From: Pavona decussata
Taxonomy: Eukaryota
Assembly (NCBI GenBank): GCA_977016875.1
Contig: CDRNST010000171.1
Coordinates: 2,728,001-2,792,000 of the forward strand
Direction: 5' to 3'
Length of the DNA stretch: 64,000 nt
Of this stretch, positions 62,999-64,000 are shown piece after piece. The notes beneath the pieces are model-generated. The model was given only the letters and a program-made list of their open reading frames with translations. It was not told the origin of the DNA and made no database searches. Positions within the stretch are counted from its first letter, which is position 1. The number at the start of each line of letters is the position of its first letter. The translations under genes and the position numbers were made by a program.

Positions 62999-63931
62999 TT
63001 ACGTTGTCTGAATGTGAAATATTTTGATTACTGTACTTTTCACACTTTGACGAATTTCTCGAAATCGCCAACAGTAGACGAGCGGGTTTAAGGAAGAATT
63101 AAGAAGAACCAAGAAAAGTGTAGCGTAAGAAGGGAAAAAAAACGAAATTTGGGAACTAAAAATCACCGACCACATTACAACGCAAGTATGTGGCAGATAA
63201 CAGGCAACAAAAATAACATAAACAAACAAAATATTAAAGGCTGCCTTCCTTTCTCGCAGTTGCTCCTGCATTTCTTGATTATTCACTTGTTGAAGTTGAC
63301 TTTGTATTTGGTTCTTGTGATATCTTACAACTTTGTAAACACGAATATATGCCACAGTTGTTAAGAGAAACCCAAGGCATGCTACGACCGCTGTTACCAC
63401 GCTTGAGTGGTTCGAACGCGAAATGAAAATGAAAGCTGCAACACCACTTGTTAGCAATAAAGACACCAAGGTTATAGCAACCCGTCTTGAAGTGACAAGT
63501 TCTTGATATCGCAGATGAAGAGAAACAGCGAGAAGTCTATCCACGGCAATGAAGGTTATAGTAAAGAACGATGCGCAAGCGAGCGAAAACATAGAGAAAT
63601 AACAAACGCTTAGAATTGTTGGACAAAGGAAAGCGGAGTTGTAGTTTCCATTCGCCGCTATCTTTAACATGACCGCCATAATAATACCATACATGAGCTG
63701 CACAAACAGTCCGACAGCAAGATCTAAAAAGGCGAGGCTAAGAAACAGCTTCTTCAAATTAGCTGGTATTGATGACGCTTTCCACAGAGCGCGAATAACG
63801 AGAAGATTTCCGAGAATAGCCAACGAAGAAAAAAGTAAGTTTAAAACACAGAGGGTTGACGTGAATGGTCTGTAATGCCGAACAAGCTGTGCTAGACCCT
63901 CCAACCTGAAATTGCAAAACTGGGCATCCAT
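62999..63931 (-). CDS. Class A 7TM GPCR, 310 aa
   Basis: Intact ORF; lacks the TM4 Trp present in the paralogs. Confidence 0.92.
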   Translation of the reverse strand: MDAQFCNFRLEGLAQLVRHYRPFTSTLCVLNLLFSSLAILGNLLVIRALWKASSIPANLKKLFLSLAFLDLAVGLFVQLMYGIIMAVMLKIAANGNYNSAFLCPTILSVCYFSMFSLACASFFTITFIAVDRLLAVSLHLRYQELVTSRRVAITLVSLLLTSGVAAFIFISRSNHSSVVTAVVACLGFLLTTVAYIRVYKVVRYHKNQIQSQLQQVNNQEMQEQLRERKAAFNILFVYVIFVACYLPHTCVVMWSVIFSSQISFFFPSYATLFLVLLNSSLNPLVYCWRFREIRQSVKSTVIKIFHIQTT

Positions 63932-64000
63932 GGTGAACTAGCTATAGATTATTCAGACCAGTCAATCACTCGCTTCAAATTTTATTTTAGATAATACTCA

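Noticed and set aside
2001-63931. Assigning vertebrate symbols (adenosine, melanocortin, TAAR receptors)
   Set aside because: Only generic class A motifs are shared; orthology cannot be established from the sequence alone.

Overview
Eukaryotic, AT-rich animal genomic DNA. The gene and repeat families point to a cnidarian, probably a stony coral; that taxon call is inference. The window is a head-to-tail tandem array of class A (rhodopsin-like) 7TM GPCR genes with uninterrupted coding sequences, all on the minus strand: 11 intact ~310-aa ORFs and 3 pseudogenes. The array grew by repeated unequal duplication of 3-8 kb units, giving chimeric paralogs. The spacers hold many transposons: one RTE LINE insertion carried into three units, a nearly intact Crypton-type tyrosine-recombinase element, and a Helentron-like element inserted into a GPCR. 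There is also a CATG-ended DNA element with an apparent excision footprint in a sister unit, a ~750-bp fold-back palindrome, MITEs, tRNA-derived SINEs, and decayed L1/L2/CR1/Gypsy relics. The most unusual signal is in the Helentron-like element: a 2A-type StopGo motif (GDIELNPGP) directly upstream of an OTU protease domain. No rRNA, functional tRNA or CRISPR array was seen. Repeat boundaries were placed by eye and may be off by a few bases.
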